Positions 14,525-27,890 of a stretch of DNA of 64,000 nt are shown piece after piece. The stretch is from NCBI RefSeq assembly GCF_009914755.1, contig NC_060937.1; one strand, given 5' to 3'. The DNA comes from the human T2T-CHM13v2.0 reference genome, Homo sapiens. The notes under the pieces were generated by a model. The model was not told the origin of the DNA and ran no database searches. It worked only from the letters and a program-made list of their open reading frames with translations. Made by a program: the position numbers and the translations under genes. Within the stretch, counting starts at the first letter, position 1; the number at the start of each line of letters is the position of its first letter.

Positions 14525-15170
14525 GTGGGGTGTTTGAAAATGAGTGAGAGTGTTTTTGTCTTAGTTTGTGGTGGGGTGGTGAATATTGCCATATTTAGTT
14601 TAAAAATGCCAAGGATGCAATATATTCTACAGCAAGTGGAACAGCAATGCATGATAAATTGTACTGCATTTTGCACAATTCTCAGATGTGCAATCATGTA
14701 GATGGGATCCTTGTGGAAGTGAAAAGCCTTTTTATAGTCTTTAGTTATCTAAGCTTACTCTGTTTTATATAAAAACAATGTATTTTTGCATGATGTTAAA
14801 ATTCATTTAATGCAACTGCTATATAAATTAAGGAAAGATTGTGTTTTGTTTACTAATCAAGAGTTATTTGTTTCGGAAAATTGCATCACCGATGGTAATT
14901 TTGAGTGCTTATAAAAGATTGGTCTACGGTCATTCTATGTTTCAGTGCAAGTATACAAGCACTTCAAGTCTTCTAGTATAGCTGTTCCTGAGCATTTATA
15001 TGTTGAATTACATAGCCCTGATTATAAAGTACCTACCTTCATTTCTCATTATATTATGATTAGGTATTATATTGAATTTGTTGAATATACACATGTTGGC
15101 AGATTATCATCTCTGGGAATTTCAGTTCAGGATTACAGAAAAGGGGTAAAAATATTTTTAAGAGTGGTTT
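14525..15170. mobile_element. Old hAT-Charlie-type DNA transposon (MER20B-like)
   Basis: Recalled similarity only (gccaaggatgcaatatattctac..., gttcctgagcatttatatgttga); no TIRs confirmed. Confidence 0.4.
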
Positions 15171-15174
15171 GATT

Positions 15175-15735
15175 AACAAATGGTCCTGGGCCAACTGGAT
15201 ATACAAATGCAAAAGAGCGAATTTGGATCCCTACCTCACACTATATACAAAAAAGAACTCAGAATGGATCAACACCTAAATCTACAAGCTAAAACTATAA
15301 AAATCCTAAAACATGCACAGGGGTAAATCTTCGTGACCTTGGATTTGGCAATGGATTCTTAGATATGAAACCAAAAGCATAATCAATGAAAGAAAGAAAA
15401 TAGATATATATGACTTATCAAAATTAAAAAATCTTGTGCATCAAAGGACATTATCAAGAAAGTTTAAAAAAGTACAGAATGGGAGAAAATATTTGCAAAT
15501 ATATATCTGATAAGGTTTTAGTATCTAGAGCATGTAAAGTACTCCTGCAACTAATCAACCACAAAATTAACAACACCAATAAAAAGTGGGCAAAGAACTC
15601 AACTGGACATTTCTCCAAAGAAGATACACAAGTGAACAACAAGCATATGAAAAAGTGCTCAACATCATTATTAATCCAGAAAATTCATATCAAAACCACA
15701 ATGACATAGCATTGCAAACCTATTAGGATGGCTAT
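15175..15735 (+). mobile_element. L1MB-like ORF2 3' fragment (first half of a host element)
   Basis: ORF2-like GHFSKEDTQVNNKHMKKCSTSL; sequence continues at about 20970. Confidence 0.8.
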
Positions 15736-16725
15736 TTTTTTCCATTTTTAAATTGCAGTAAAATACACACAACATAAAATTTACCATCTAACCATTTTAA
15801 GTAAACAGTTCAGTGTTATTAACTGCCATTCATATTATTGTACAACTGTCACCACCATCCATCTCCAGGACTCTTTTCATCTTCCAAAACTGAAACTTTA
15901 TATCCATTAATATAAAGTTCATTCCCCTTCTCCTCTGCCCCTGCAACTACTATTCTACTTATGTCTTTATAAATTTGACTACTCTAAGTACCTCAAATAA
16001 GTGGAATCATACTGTATTTGACTTTTTTGCGATTGGCTTATTTCATTTAATGTGGTACCTTTGTGGTTCATGTTCTTGTAGCATGTGTCAAAATGTTCTT
16101 CCTTTTAAAGGCCGAATAACATCCCATCGTATGTATAGACTCCATTTTCCTTACTCTTTTATTCATCAATGAATACTTGGGTTGCTTCCACCTTTTAGCT
16201 ATTGTGAATAATACTGCTATAAACATGGGTGTACACATATTTCTTTGAGACCATACTTTTATATACCTAGAAGTGGAATTGCTAAATTATATGATAATTT
16301 TATTTTTACTTTTTTGAGGAACCACCAAACTGTTTCCCACAGAGGCTGCACCATTACATATTCCCACTAACAATGTAGAAGTGTTTCCATTTCTTCACAT
16401 CCTCACCAGCACTTGTTACTTTCTTTTTTCTTTGATAGTAGCTTTCTTTCCGTTTATTAATGTTTTATTTCTTTCAGCAAATTTTGTAGTTTTCATTGTA
16501 CAAGTCTTTCACTTCCTTGGTGAAGTTAGTTCTTAAGTATTTCCTCATGGGTGTAAGGTGGTATCTCATAATAGTTTTGATTTGCATTTCCCTAATGATT
16601 AGTGATACTGAGCATCTTTTCATATGCTTATTGGCCATTTGTATATCTTCTTTGGAGAAATGTCTATTGAAGTTCTTTGCTCATTTTTGTATTGGGTTAG
16701 TTTTTCTATTGTTGAGTTGCAGTAG

Positions 16726-17102
<377 letters not shown>

Positions 17103-17272
17103 TTGCCTTTTTACATTGTTCAAGTGTCTTTGGGTGCATAAAATTTTTAATTTTTATAAAACCAAATTTTCTGGTTTTTTTTCCTTTTCTTGCCTGTTAT
17201 TTTGGTGTCATATCTAAATAATCACTGCCAAACCCAATGTCAGGAAGAATTTGTCCTATGTTTTCTTCTAAG

Positions 17273-17606
17273 TTATTTTTAATTGACAAATACAAATTGT
17301 ATATATTTATGGTGTACAGCATGATGTTTTGAAATATGAATACATTGTGGAATGGCTAAATCAAGCTAACTAATGCATATTTTACCTCACATAGTTTTCT
17401 TATTTTGTGTGGTGAGAACACTCAATATCTACTCTTTCAGAAATGTTAAAGTATACAATTCATTGTTATTAACATAGTCATCATGTTGTACAATAGATCT
17501 CTGGAACTTATCCTTCCTATCTAACTGAAATGTGGTATTCTTTGACCAACATCCCCCCAACTCACACCCCTCCCCCACCATACTAGTCTCTGCTCCTGTG
17601 AATTTG
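17273..17606 (-). mobile_element. L1MA-type 3' end inserted in L1MB
   Basis: aattgtatatatttatggtgtac...caagctaactaa; flanked by cttctaag repeats. Confidence 0.8.
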
Positions 17607-17631
17607 ACTTCTAAGAGTTTTATAGCTTTAT

Positions 17632-18362
<731 letters not shown>

Positions 18363-19140
18363 TGTGTACAAATGTTTATAATTTTTCTATCATTTTGCTA
18401 AATTTAACTGTTCATTAATACATGATGTCCTTCTTTGTCTCTTGCGAATATTTTAAAGTCTATTTTATCAGACATTACTAGAGCCAATCCTGCTCCCTTT
18501 GTGTTACTATTAGCATGTAAGATCCTTTTATATCCTTTTACTTTCAACCTATTTGTGTCTTTGGATCTAAAGTAAGTCTCTTATAGAAAGTACATAGTTG
18601 GGTCATGGTTTTTAAAGTCCATTTTGCCAACCTCTGCCTTTGATTAGAGAGTTTAATCCATTTACCTTTCAAGTAATTACTGATAAGGAGGCATTTACTT
18701 CTGTCATTTTGCAATTTGTTTTCTATTTGCCTTGTGGTTTTTTGTCCCTTTTTTCCTGCATTGTTATCTTCTTTTATATTTAGTTAACTTTTGCAGTGAA
18801 ACATTTTAATTCCCTTCTCATTTCCCTTTGTGTACATTTTATAGCCATTTTCTTTTTACATTTAACATCCCAAAGTTACAACAAACTTATAGCATTCTAA
18901 TTTTAATTTATATCAGTTTAACTTCAATAACATACAAAAACTCTGCTCCTATAGATATCTGACTCCACTTCTTTTCAGTTATTGATGTCACAAAATTAAA
19001 CCTTTATGCATCTTATATTGTGTGTCTGAAAACATAGACGATTTATGTTCTGTTTAATGTATTTGTCTCTTAATTATGCAGGGAACAAAATTTGGAATTA
19101 TGAAACAAACTTACAATAATACTAGCTTTTGGAATAACTT

Positions 19141-19457
19141 TTTTCTATTTTTGTTTTGTTTCGTTTTGTTCTGTTTTTGACACGGAGTCTTGCTCTGTTG
19201 CCCAGGCTGGAGGATAGTGCACAATATCAGCTTACTGCAACCCCCAACTCCCAGGTTCAAGCGATTCTCGTGACTCAGCCTCCCAAGCTGGGATTACAGG
19301 TGCCCGTCACCATGCCCAGCTAATTTTTGTATTTTTAGTAGAGATGGGGGTTTCGTCATGTTGGCCAGGCTGGTCTCGAACTTAACCTCAGGTCATCTGC
19401 CCATGTTGTATAATCCCAAAGTGCTGGGATTACAGGCATGAGCCACCACGCCCGGCC
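19141..19457 (-). mobile_element. AluS
   Basis: Full Alu with (TTTTG)n tail. Confidence 0.93.
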
Positions 19458-20969
19458 CAGAATAATAATTTTTTTAATGTATTAATTAGCCTCTTAAATC
19501 ATGTAGAAAATGAAAAGTGGAGTTATAAACTGGAGTTACAATAATCCGAGCTTTGAGCTACTATCTAGTTTTTATTTCTACATAGAGGATTCCCTTTAGA
19601 ATTTGTCATAGAAAAGGTCTAATGGTAATGAATTCTCTTAGCTTTTGTTCATTTGAGAACCTCTTTATTTCTCCCTCAGTGTACAATTTTGCCAGATAAG
19701 GAGTTTGCATCTAACAATTCTTTTTCTTCAGCGATACGACTGTATCATTTCACTGTCTTCTGGTCTCCACAGTTACTGATGAGAAATCTACTGGTATTTT
19801 TATTGAGAGTCACTTGTAAGTGACAAGTTGCCTCTCTTACTGCTTTCAAGATTCTTTCTTTGTCTTTCAAGAGTTTGATTATAATGTTTTTTTGTGTGTA
19901 TCTCTTGAATTTCATCCTACTTAGAGTTCATTGGGCTTCTCAGATGTTTACAAGCTCACCAAATTTGGGGAGTTCTCAGCTTTTATTTCTTCAAAAAACG
20001 TCTCTACCTCTTTCTATTTTCTTCGTCTGAGACTTCCACAATGTGTGTGTTGGTCCACTTGATGACATCCCATAGGTCTCTTAGACTCAGTTCATTTTTC
20101 TTTAATCTTTTTTTCTTAAATCTTTTTCTTACTGTTTTCAGATATGATTATTTCAGTTTTCCTATATTCAAGTTTACTGATTCTTTCTGCCTGCAGAAAT
20201 CTGCCTTCAAGTCCTTCTAGTGATTTTTTCATTTCAGTTATTGTGTTTTCAGCTCCAGAAGTTTTTTTGGTTTCTCTTAAAGTCTTTGTCTAGAAGGCCT
20301 ATTTTCTGTTCTTTCTACTGGGTGGTTTCTATTTGTTAACTTTTTCCTTTGAATGGGCCATGCTTTTCTGCTTCTTTGTATGCCTTATGCTTTTCTGTTG
20401 AAAACTGGACATTTGAATTTAATAAAGCAGTAACTCTGGAAATAAGATTTCCCCACTTCCACAGTGTTTGCTATTTTGTTTGATTGCTTGTTTTTGTTTT
20501 TGAAATGTTGTGGCCTGTCTGTGCTGGGAATCACTTTGAGGTGAAAACTTAAGATCTTCAGGTCTTTTGAGATTGTGCCTTTCCCTGGAAATGTGCAGTG
20601 ACTTTCTAAATCCCCCCATATGTGTGGTTGCTTTTGAGTGTTCTAAATACTTGGCTTCCAAAAGGGGGAAAAAAAAGGAAAGAAATGAAGATGAGAAAAC
20701 ACACTGGCCCTTTAAATCCACAGAAAGTTGCTTCAGCTGGAGGGGAAATGGATGCAGTACTAAAAGTGAGAGGGTATGCAATAATGACTGCCCACCTCTG
20801 TGCCTGCAGCTCCATGACCAGAAGCAGCAATCAGTAATGAGAACACAGATCCCTGATATTTGGAGGACAACATCCTTTATGCCCGCTCTGGCTCCCACAA
20901 GTTGCATGCAAGCTGCTCCTGGAACCTGTGCACAGCTGCCTGCCACAAGGCTTGGGAGTGGGAATGAGC

Positions 20970-21662
20970 ACATTGGAACACTCACACATTGCTGGTGGGC
21001 ATGGAAAATGGTGCAGCCCCTGTGAAAAGTATATGTTCAAAAGAATCAGAAACATGTACAAAAAAATACTTGTACACAGATGTTTATAATAGCACCATTT
21101 ACAATATCCCAAAGTTGAAGCAACGTAAATGTCCATGAATAGATAAATGGATAAATGAATTGTGGTATATATACATATGATAAAATATTATTTAGCCGTA
21201 AAACGAAATGAAGTACTGATACATGTTACCATGTGGATGAATGTCAAAAAAATTATGCTAAGTGAGAGAAGCCAGGCACAAAAGGTCACATGTTGTATAA
21301 TTCAATTTTTATGAAATATGCAGTATATGCAAATCCATAGAGACAGAAAGCAGGTTAGTGGTTGCCAGAAGCTGGGGGGAGAGAGCAATGTGAAATAACT
21401 GGTAAAGGGTATGAGGTTTTAGTTTTGGGTGATAAAAATATTTTGAAACTATGTAGAGGTGGTGGTTGCACAATACTGTGTGTGACTATACCAAATGCCA
21501 CTGAAATGCTTCTGACTGGAAATGCTGTCTGGAAGTCAACTGAGAACTCAGCTAAATTCTTAAGCTAATTAGTGATCGTGGAAAATGTCCTACATGAGAA
21601 ATAAAATTGTTCACTTTGCAAGAGTTAATTTTATGTTATATAAATTTCACCTCGATTTTTAA
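20970..21662 (+). mobile_element. L1MB-like 3' end (second half of the host), interrupted at 21506-21605
   Basis: GTLTHCWWAWKMVQPL zinc-knuckle remnant; 3' UTR to aaatttcacctcgatttt. Confidence 0.85.
21516..21605 (+). repeat. Direct copy of unique sequence 22606-22698
   Basis: aaatgctgtctggaagtcaa-tgagaactc..gctaaattcttaagctaa..tggaaaatgtcc..tacatgagaaataaa at both positions. Confidence 0.95.
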
Positions 21663-21721
21663 AAGTGGGAAATTTGATGGGTTTTAGAACAGTTGTTCTA
21701 AGCAGTCAGAAATCCTGATCA

Positions 21722-21875
21722 GATAGATATCCCAATTACCCTGATTTCATCATTACATGTTATATGCACATATCAAAATATCACATGTACCCTGTAAATA
21801 TGTGCAATTATTATGTATCAATCAAAACAATAAAAAGTGGCTTCAAAGATAATGGAGAGTGCACAAGGTAAGAAA
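21722..21875 (+). mobile_element. L1MA-type 3' terminal fragment plus about 40 bp extra, inside a 14-bp TSD
   Basis: tatcccaattaccctgatt...ttatgtatcaat; TSD agaaatcctgatca at 21708-21721 and 21876-21889. Confidence 0.85.
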
Positions 21876-22029
21876 AGAAATCCTGATCAATAACTGGATA
21901 TATTATTCATGCTCTTAATTGGAAAGAATACATATTTTATAGATTATCTGAAGGATATTCAATTAAGTATTTTGTGTTTGTCATGGCTGACAATTTATCT
22001 CAGAATACTTTCAATTAAAACCAAGAGTC

Positions 22030-22354
22030 ATGTCCTTTGTAGGGACATGGATGAAACTGGAAACCATCATTCTCAGCAAACTATCGCAAGGACAAAAAAC
22101 CAAACACCGCATGTTCTCACTCATAGGTGGGAATTGAACAATGAGAACACATGGACACAGGAAGGGGAACATCACACATCGGGGTCGGGGGAGGGGGGAG
22201 GGATAGCATTAGGAGATATACCTAATGCTAAATGACGAGTCAATGGGTGCAGCACACCAACATGGCACATCTATACATATGTAACAAACCTGCACCTTGT
22301 GCACATATACCCTAAAACTTAAAGTATAATAATAATAAAATTTAAAAAAAAAAC
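22030..22354 (+). mobile_element. L1PA3/4-like 3' end
   Basis: ctatcgcaaggacaaaaaacc and gagatatacctaatgctaaatgacgag; TSD aaaaccaagagtc at 22017-22029 and 22355-22367. Confidence 0.95.
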
Positions 22355-23512
22355 AAAACCAAGAGTCCTTCGAAGCAGGGTTCTCAGGCTGCAGGGAAAC
22401 CTCCTTTTCTTTCTCTTTCCATTGCCCATCTACTCAGCCTTAGGGTTGCTGCCTGCAGCCCATTGATATGACAGATATTTACACCCAGCAAACAGACAAA
22501 CCAAGACTTAGTTCCATTTGTTACTGTCACTGATTCAATCTACAGTCTCCATGGAAAACTTAATCACCAAACTAGTGACAGAAAGAATAATTGGTATTTG
22601 TCCAGCTGCAAATGCTGTCTGGAAGTCAAGTGAGAACTCTTAGCTAAATTCTTAAGCTAACTAGCCGTCATGGAAAATGTCCTTACATGAGAAATAAATA
22701 AACCCTGTCAATGGATCATTTATATCACAGCTGGCACCCATTATGGCACTCACAGATCATCGTGCTTCAGTCTGGCTTGTGAAGACCACCGGGCTCCTCC
22801 ACAATGATTAGATAAGGCCTAAGTAGGTTCTGCTGTAGCTGCTGATGCTGAACAAGATGGTAAATGGATGCTCCACGCTGACATATGCTGACATTAGTCC
22901 CAGAAACATCACTCTCCATAGCTCTTCATGATAACTTCATTCACAATAATTCCAAGAGCAGAATAGATTGACTTATCAGAATGGGTCTCTGGAATGCATG
23001 ATACTGAGGATTGTGCAACAACAGCTGGGCTGACTCTTGTGGATATGCCCACAGGCTCGGGGGAGCAAAGCCAAATAGTCATAATCTTTGAACATTGCAT
23101 TTGCAATATCCCTGATGTGGCATTTATCACTTCCAGTCAGCACATTATGAGTGGCTGAAATGATTAAAACTAATGTTGAAAACTACTCTCATTATTTTCT
23201 TAATATAGCAAGAGGCTGAAACTTTGTCCTTTTATTTCTTTTCTCTCTGTCATCGGCTTTCTTTGCCACCTAAAAAAAAATGCAGGTACCCAGGCACAAC
23301 TTACATCTGCTTGTTTCAGATTAGAGCAGAAGGGAATATGTTCACTCATCATCCCCATGCTCATATCACAAGCTCCAAAAACAGAGCTTTTGTGCTCTCG
23401 CTTCTTGCCACAGACATATCAAGACAGAGGATCTCAATGAGAGAATCAGTGCACAACCAAATGGTATATAGATGAAGTAGCAGAGAGTGGCCCGGGCAAA
23501 GAGTGAAATTAC

Positions 23513-23582
23513 CTGAAGTTCTGGAGACACACTCCTACTGCAAACTCTTTGCATCAACATATAAGACTTTCCTCTTCGTACT
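23513..23582 (-). other. Candidate 70-nt exon
   Basis: Minus-strand acceptor ctcctctgtttttgcag and donor CAG|gtaatt in unique DNA. Confidence 0.4.
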
Positions 23583-24059
23583 CTGCAAAAACAGAGGAGG
23601 ATACCACTCTGCTAGGTAGACTGATGCTACCATTCCCTGCTTCCACCAGACCTGAGTCTTACTGAGCTACAAAACTAGATGAGACCTAAGAGAGCAGATG
23701 GGATTGAAGATGAATGAACTGACAGCATCTGTGAATACCTCCGGATAGTACTGCAATCATCATCACACTAGGAAGCATCAGTCATTGTTCTGTTTGAATT
23801 TGTTATGAAAATAAAACCTCCACAGGATGGCTAGAGAAGTCCCCAGTGTCTATAGTTTTCCCTCACAAGAGCCTTTCACCTGATCCTGATTCAGATCCAG
23901 ATCTGGAGATGGGAGTATCTCCCCATACTAAGCTTTATCCCCAGCCCCAGAGAAGATAAATCCTTCCTTCTCTTTTTCCAGAGTCTTTTCTTCATTATGC
24001 ATTTCTAGGAGTCTGTGAGTCACTCATTGTTATCAATACATCAAGTAAAATAATTTCTG

Positions 24060-25661
24060 ATACTGCCCAAATTAATTTATAGATTCAATGCTATCCCCAT
24101 CAAGCTACCACGGACTTTCTTCACAGAATTGGAAAAGAACTACTTTAAATTTCATATGGAATGAAAAAAAGGCCCATATAGCCAAGACAATCCTAAGCAA
24201 AAAGAACAAAGCTGCAGGCATCACGCTACCTGACTTCAAACTATACTACACAGCTACAGTAACCAAAATAGCATGGTACTGGTACCAAAACAGATATACA
24301 GACCAAAGGAACAGAACAGAGGCCTCGGAATAACACCACACATCTATAACCATCTGATCTTTGACAAACCTGATGAAAACAAGCAAGGGGGAAAGGATTC
24401 CCTATTTAATAAATGGTGTCGGGAAAACTGGCTACCCATATGCAGAAAACTGAAACTGGATCCCTTCCTTACTCTTTTTACAAAAATTAACTCAAGATGG
24501 ATTAAAGACTTAAATGTAAGACCTAAAACCATAAAAACCCTAGAAGAAAACCTGGGCAATACCATTCAGGACATAGGCATGGGCAAAGACTTCATGACTA
24601 AAACACAAAAAGCAATGGCAACAGAAGTCAAAATTGACAAATGAGATCTAATTAAACTAAAGAGCTTCTGCACAGTAAAAGAAACTGTCATCAGAGTGAA
24701 CAGGCAACCTACAGAATGGGAGAAAATTTTTGGAATCTATCCATCTGACAAAGGGCTAATATCCAGAATCTACAAAGAACTCAAACAAATTTACAAGAAA
24801 AAAACAAACCACCCCATCAAAAAGTGGGCAAGGGATGTGAACAGACACTTCTCAAAAGAAAACATTTATGCAGCCAACACATATATAAAAAAATGCTCAT
24901 CATCACTGGCCATCAGAGAAATGCAAATCAAAACCACAATGAGATACCATCTCACACCAGTTAGAATGGCGATCATTAAAAAGTCAGGAAACAACAGGTG
25001 CTGGAGAGGATGTGGAGAAATAGGAACACTTTTACACTGTTGGTGGGACTGTAAACTAGTTCAACCATTGTGGAAGTCAGTGTGGCGATTCCTCAGGGAT
25101 CTAGAACTAGAAATACAATTTGACCCAGCCATCCCATTACTGGGTATATACCCAAAGGCTTATAAATCCTTCTACTATAAAGACATATGCACACATATGT
25201 TTATTGTGGCACTGTTCACGATAGCAAAGACTTAGAACTAACTCAAATGCCCATCAATGACAGACTGGATAAAGGAAATGTGGCACATATACACCAAGGA
25301 ATACTATGCAGCCATTAAAAAGGATGAGTTAATGTCCTTTGCAGGGACATGAATGAAGCTGGAAATCATCATTCTCAGCAAACTAACACAAGAACAGAAA
25401 ACCAAACACCACATGTTCTCACTTCTAAGTGAGAGTGGAACAATGAGAACACATGGACATGGGGGGGGGTGGGCATCACATACCTGGGCCTGTTGGGGTG
25501 TGGGGGGCTAGGGGAGGGATAGCATTAGGAAAAATACCTAGGAGATGATGGATTGATGGGTGCAGCAAACCACCATGGCACATGTTTGCCTGTGTAACAA
25601 ACCTGCACGTTCTGCACATGTACCCTGAACTTAAAGTATAATAAAAGATGGTAATAATAAT
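24060..25661 (+). mobile_element. L1PA6/7-like, 5'-truncated, with a younger internal tract
   Basis: ORF2 C-terminus including [19 protein letters not shown]; 3' UTR; TSD aataatttctg at 24049-24059 and 25662-25672. Confidence 0.95.
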
Positions 25662-26142
25662 AATAATTTCTGTGCCAATTCTGTGGGAATGACACAGCCA
25701 TATTTGCAGGAAGATATTTTGATTGAAAATAATTAAACACCACTAAAATTTCACAGATATTTTAAAAATATTAAACATGCACCTAAGAAGGAAATACTAT
25801 GATTCAAAGCACATTGGGGAAGTATTATAAGTAAAATCTTCAATATTATTGAAAATAGCCCAGGTTGAGATTATAATATAAAGAAAGGATGGGTAAGTGT
25901 GTCCCCAAAAAGCCAAAGGTCATTCATTGATCTGCAATGGAAATTCTAAGATTGCTGAATCATTTTATAGATGAAGAAACAGATTTAGAAAGATAAAGTG
26001 ACTCGCCTGATAATAAGCTGCATCACACAGATACATCAATTCATCCTAGATAACAACCTAGACAGCTGATGCATTTGCACATTTGCCTCTTCAGATAAAC
26101 TATTCTCAAGGGAACTTACTGTATAAGAGGAATTTTACAGGG

Positions 26143-26677
26143 TTTTTTTTTTTTATTATTATACTTTAAGTTCTAGGGTACATGTGCACAACGTGCAGGT
26201 TTCTTACATATGTATACATGCGCCATGTTGGTGTGCTGCACCCATTAACTTGTCGTTTACATTAGGTATATCTCCTAATGCTATCCCTCCACCCTCCCCC
26301 TACCCCATGACAGGCCCGGGTGTGTGATGTTCCCCACCCTGTGTCCAGGTGTTCTCATTGTTGAATTCCCACCTATGAGTGAGAACATGCAGTGTTTGGT
26401 TTTCTGTCCTTGCGATAGTTTGCTGAGAATGATGGTTTCCAGCTTCATCCATGTCCCTACAAGGGACATGAATTCATCCTTTTTTATGGCTGCATAGTAT
26501 TCCATGGTGTCTATGTGCCACATTTGCTTAATCCAGTCTGTCACTGATGGACATTTGGGTTGGTTCCAAGTCTTTGCTATTGTGAATAGTGCTGCAATAA
26601 ATATACATGTGCCTGTGTCTTTATAGCAGCATGATTTATAATCCTTTGGGTATATACCCAGTAATGGGATGGCTGGG
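26143..26677 (-). mobile_element. L1PA4/5-like 3' end
   Basis: ttattatactttaagttctagggtacatgtgcacaacgtg; TSD ggaattttacagg at 26129 and 26678. Confidence 0.95.
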
Positions 26678-27499
26678 GGAATTTTACAGGTTTTATATGA
26701 TCCCTAGACCAAATGTATGAAGTAGCTACTGATATTCCCATTACACAGATGACCTTGAGCAAAGTTGAGTAGTCTGCTTGAAGTTTCTAAGGTATTAGCT
26801 GGGGAGCTAAGAGTCAGACCCAGATCTGTCTACCTAAAGTTTATGCCCTATTCCATAAATCATTTTCTTCCTAACCAACAAGTTTGCACTTAACTGCTTT
26901 ATGCCCACATATTGATGTCCAAATTGATTATGGGCCTGGGGCTTCAAATTAGCTGTTACTAACCCACCTCACCTCTGGACAGGGGAAATCAAACTTCTGG
27001 CCAACCACACTCGAAGTCAACTCTTTCTCCATGGTTCAGTCAACAGGCATCCCAGAAGCAAAATTTGCTAAGAACCATAGACAGAGCTGTCAATGCAGAC
27101 TCCCTGAATTTGGAAGCAGATACAGTCTAGTCAATTTATTGTACAACTATTTTTGGTGAGGAATTGGTACTACAAAGGGTTCCCTAAGAGCTAGGTTTAG
27201 CCTTTGAATGCTATAGCTGGACAGAACCCGAGGGATGATTCAGTCATCAGAGTTGTTGTCTGATGCGGTCACGAGGGAGTCTGACTCCTTCACCCTACCA
27301 CATCCCCACTCCCAAAGATGTTTTCAGTATCTACTTCTAAAGTTAACATACAGTCCCAAAAGCCATAGTCTTTTGTAATATGCCTGCTCTTCAACCAACT
27401 CACTCATTTCCTTGTATCAAAGAAAAATATTTATGTCCTCAAGGAGGCACAAACAAACATAATCTCTGGAAGCATTTTCACAAGAGTTTAAACAATTGT

Positions 27500-27890
27500 T
27501 ACATGACTTGTTAAATAGCCAGAATATGGAATATTATTTATTAGTTTAAAAGTATGAGTAGATCTGTATAGTATAGTTACTTGAAAAGATTTCCAAGATA
27601 TATCATTAAGTGAAAATGCAAGTTGCGAAAAATGTGTACACATCATATGATTCCCCTCTACACAAACCAGCACAAAAATGAAACCAATATATTTGTATAT
27701 GTACATATAGTATGTCAATACATGACAGTTGTCTGACATAATGCACACTAAATTGTTACAAGTAGTTATTTCTTGGGAAAATAAAGGGAATGATGAGAAG
27801 AAGGAAAGAGAGCATTTCACTTTTTATTCTCCATGCTTATATATTATTTGATTTTTTGAAAATGTGAATGTATTCATATATTTATTGTGA
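27500..27890 (+). mobile_element. L1ME-type 3' end
   Basis: aaagatttccaagatatatcattaagtgaaaatgcaagttgc. Confidence 0.65.

Noticed and set aside
20419-21025. Longest ORFs in the track (188 and 152 aa)
   Set aside because: They lie in an L1 5' UTR and cross an L1-L1 junction; no domain beyond an ORF2 zinc-knuckle remnant.
24696-25235. 179-aa L1 ORF2 frame
   Set aside because: Fragment of a 5'-truncated L1; cannot encode functional ORF2p.
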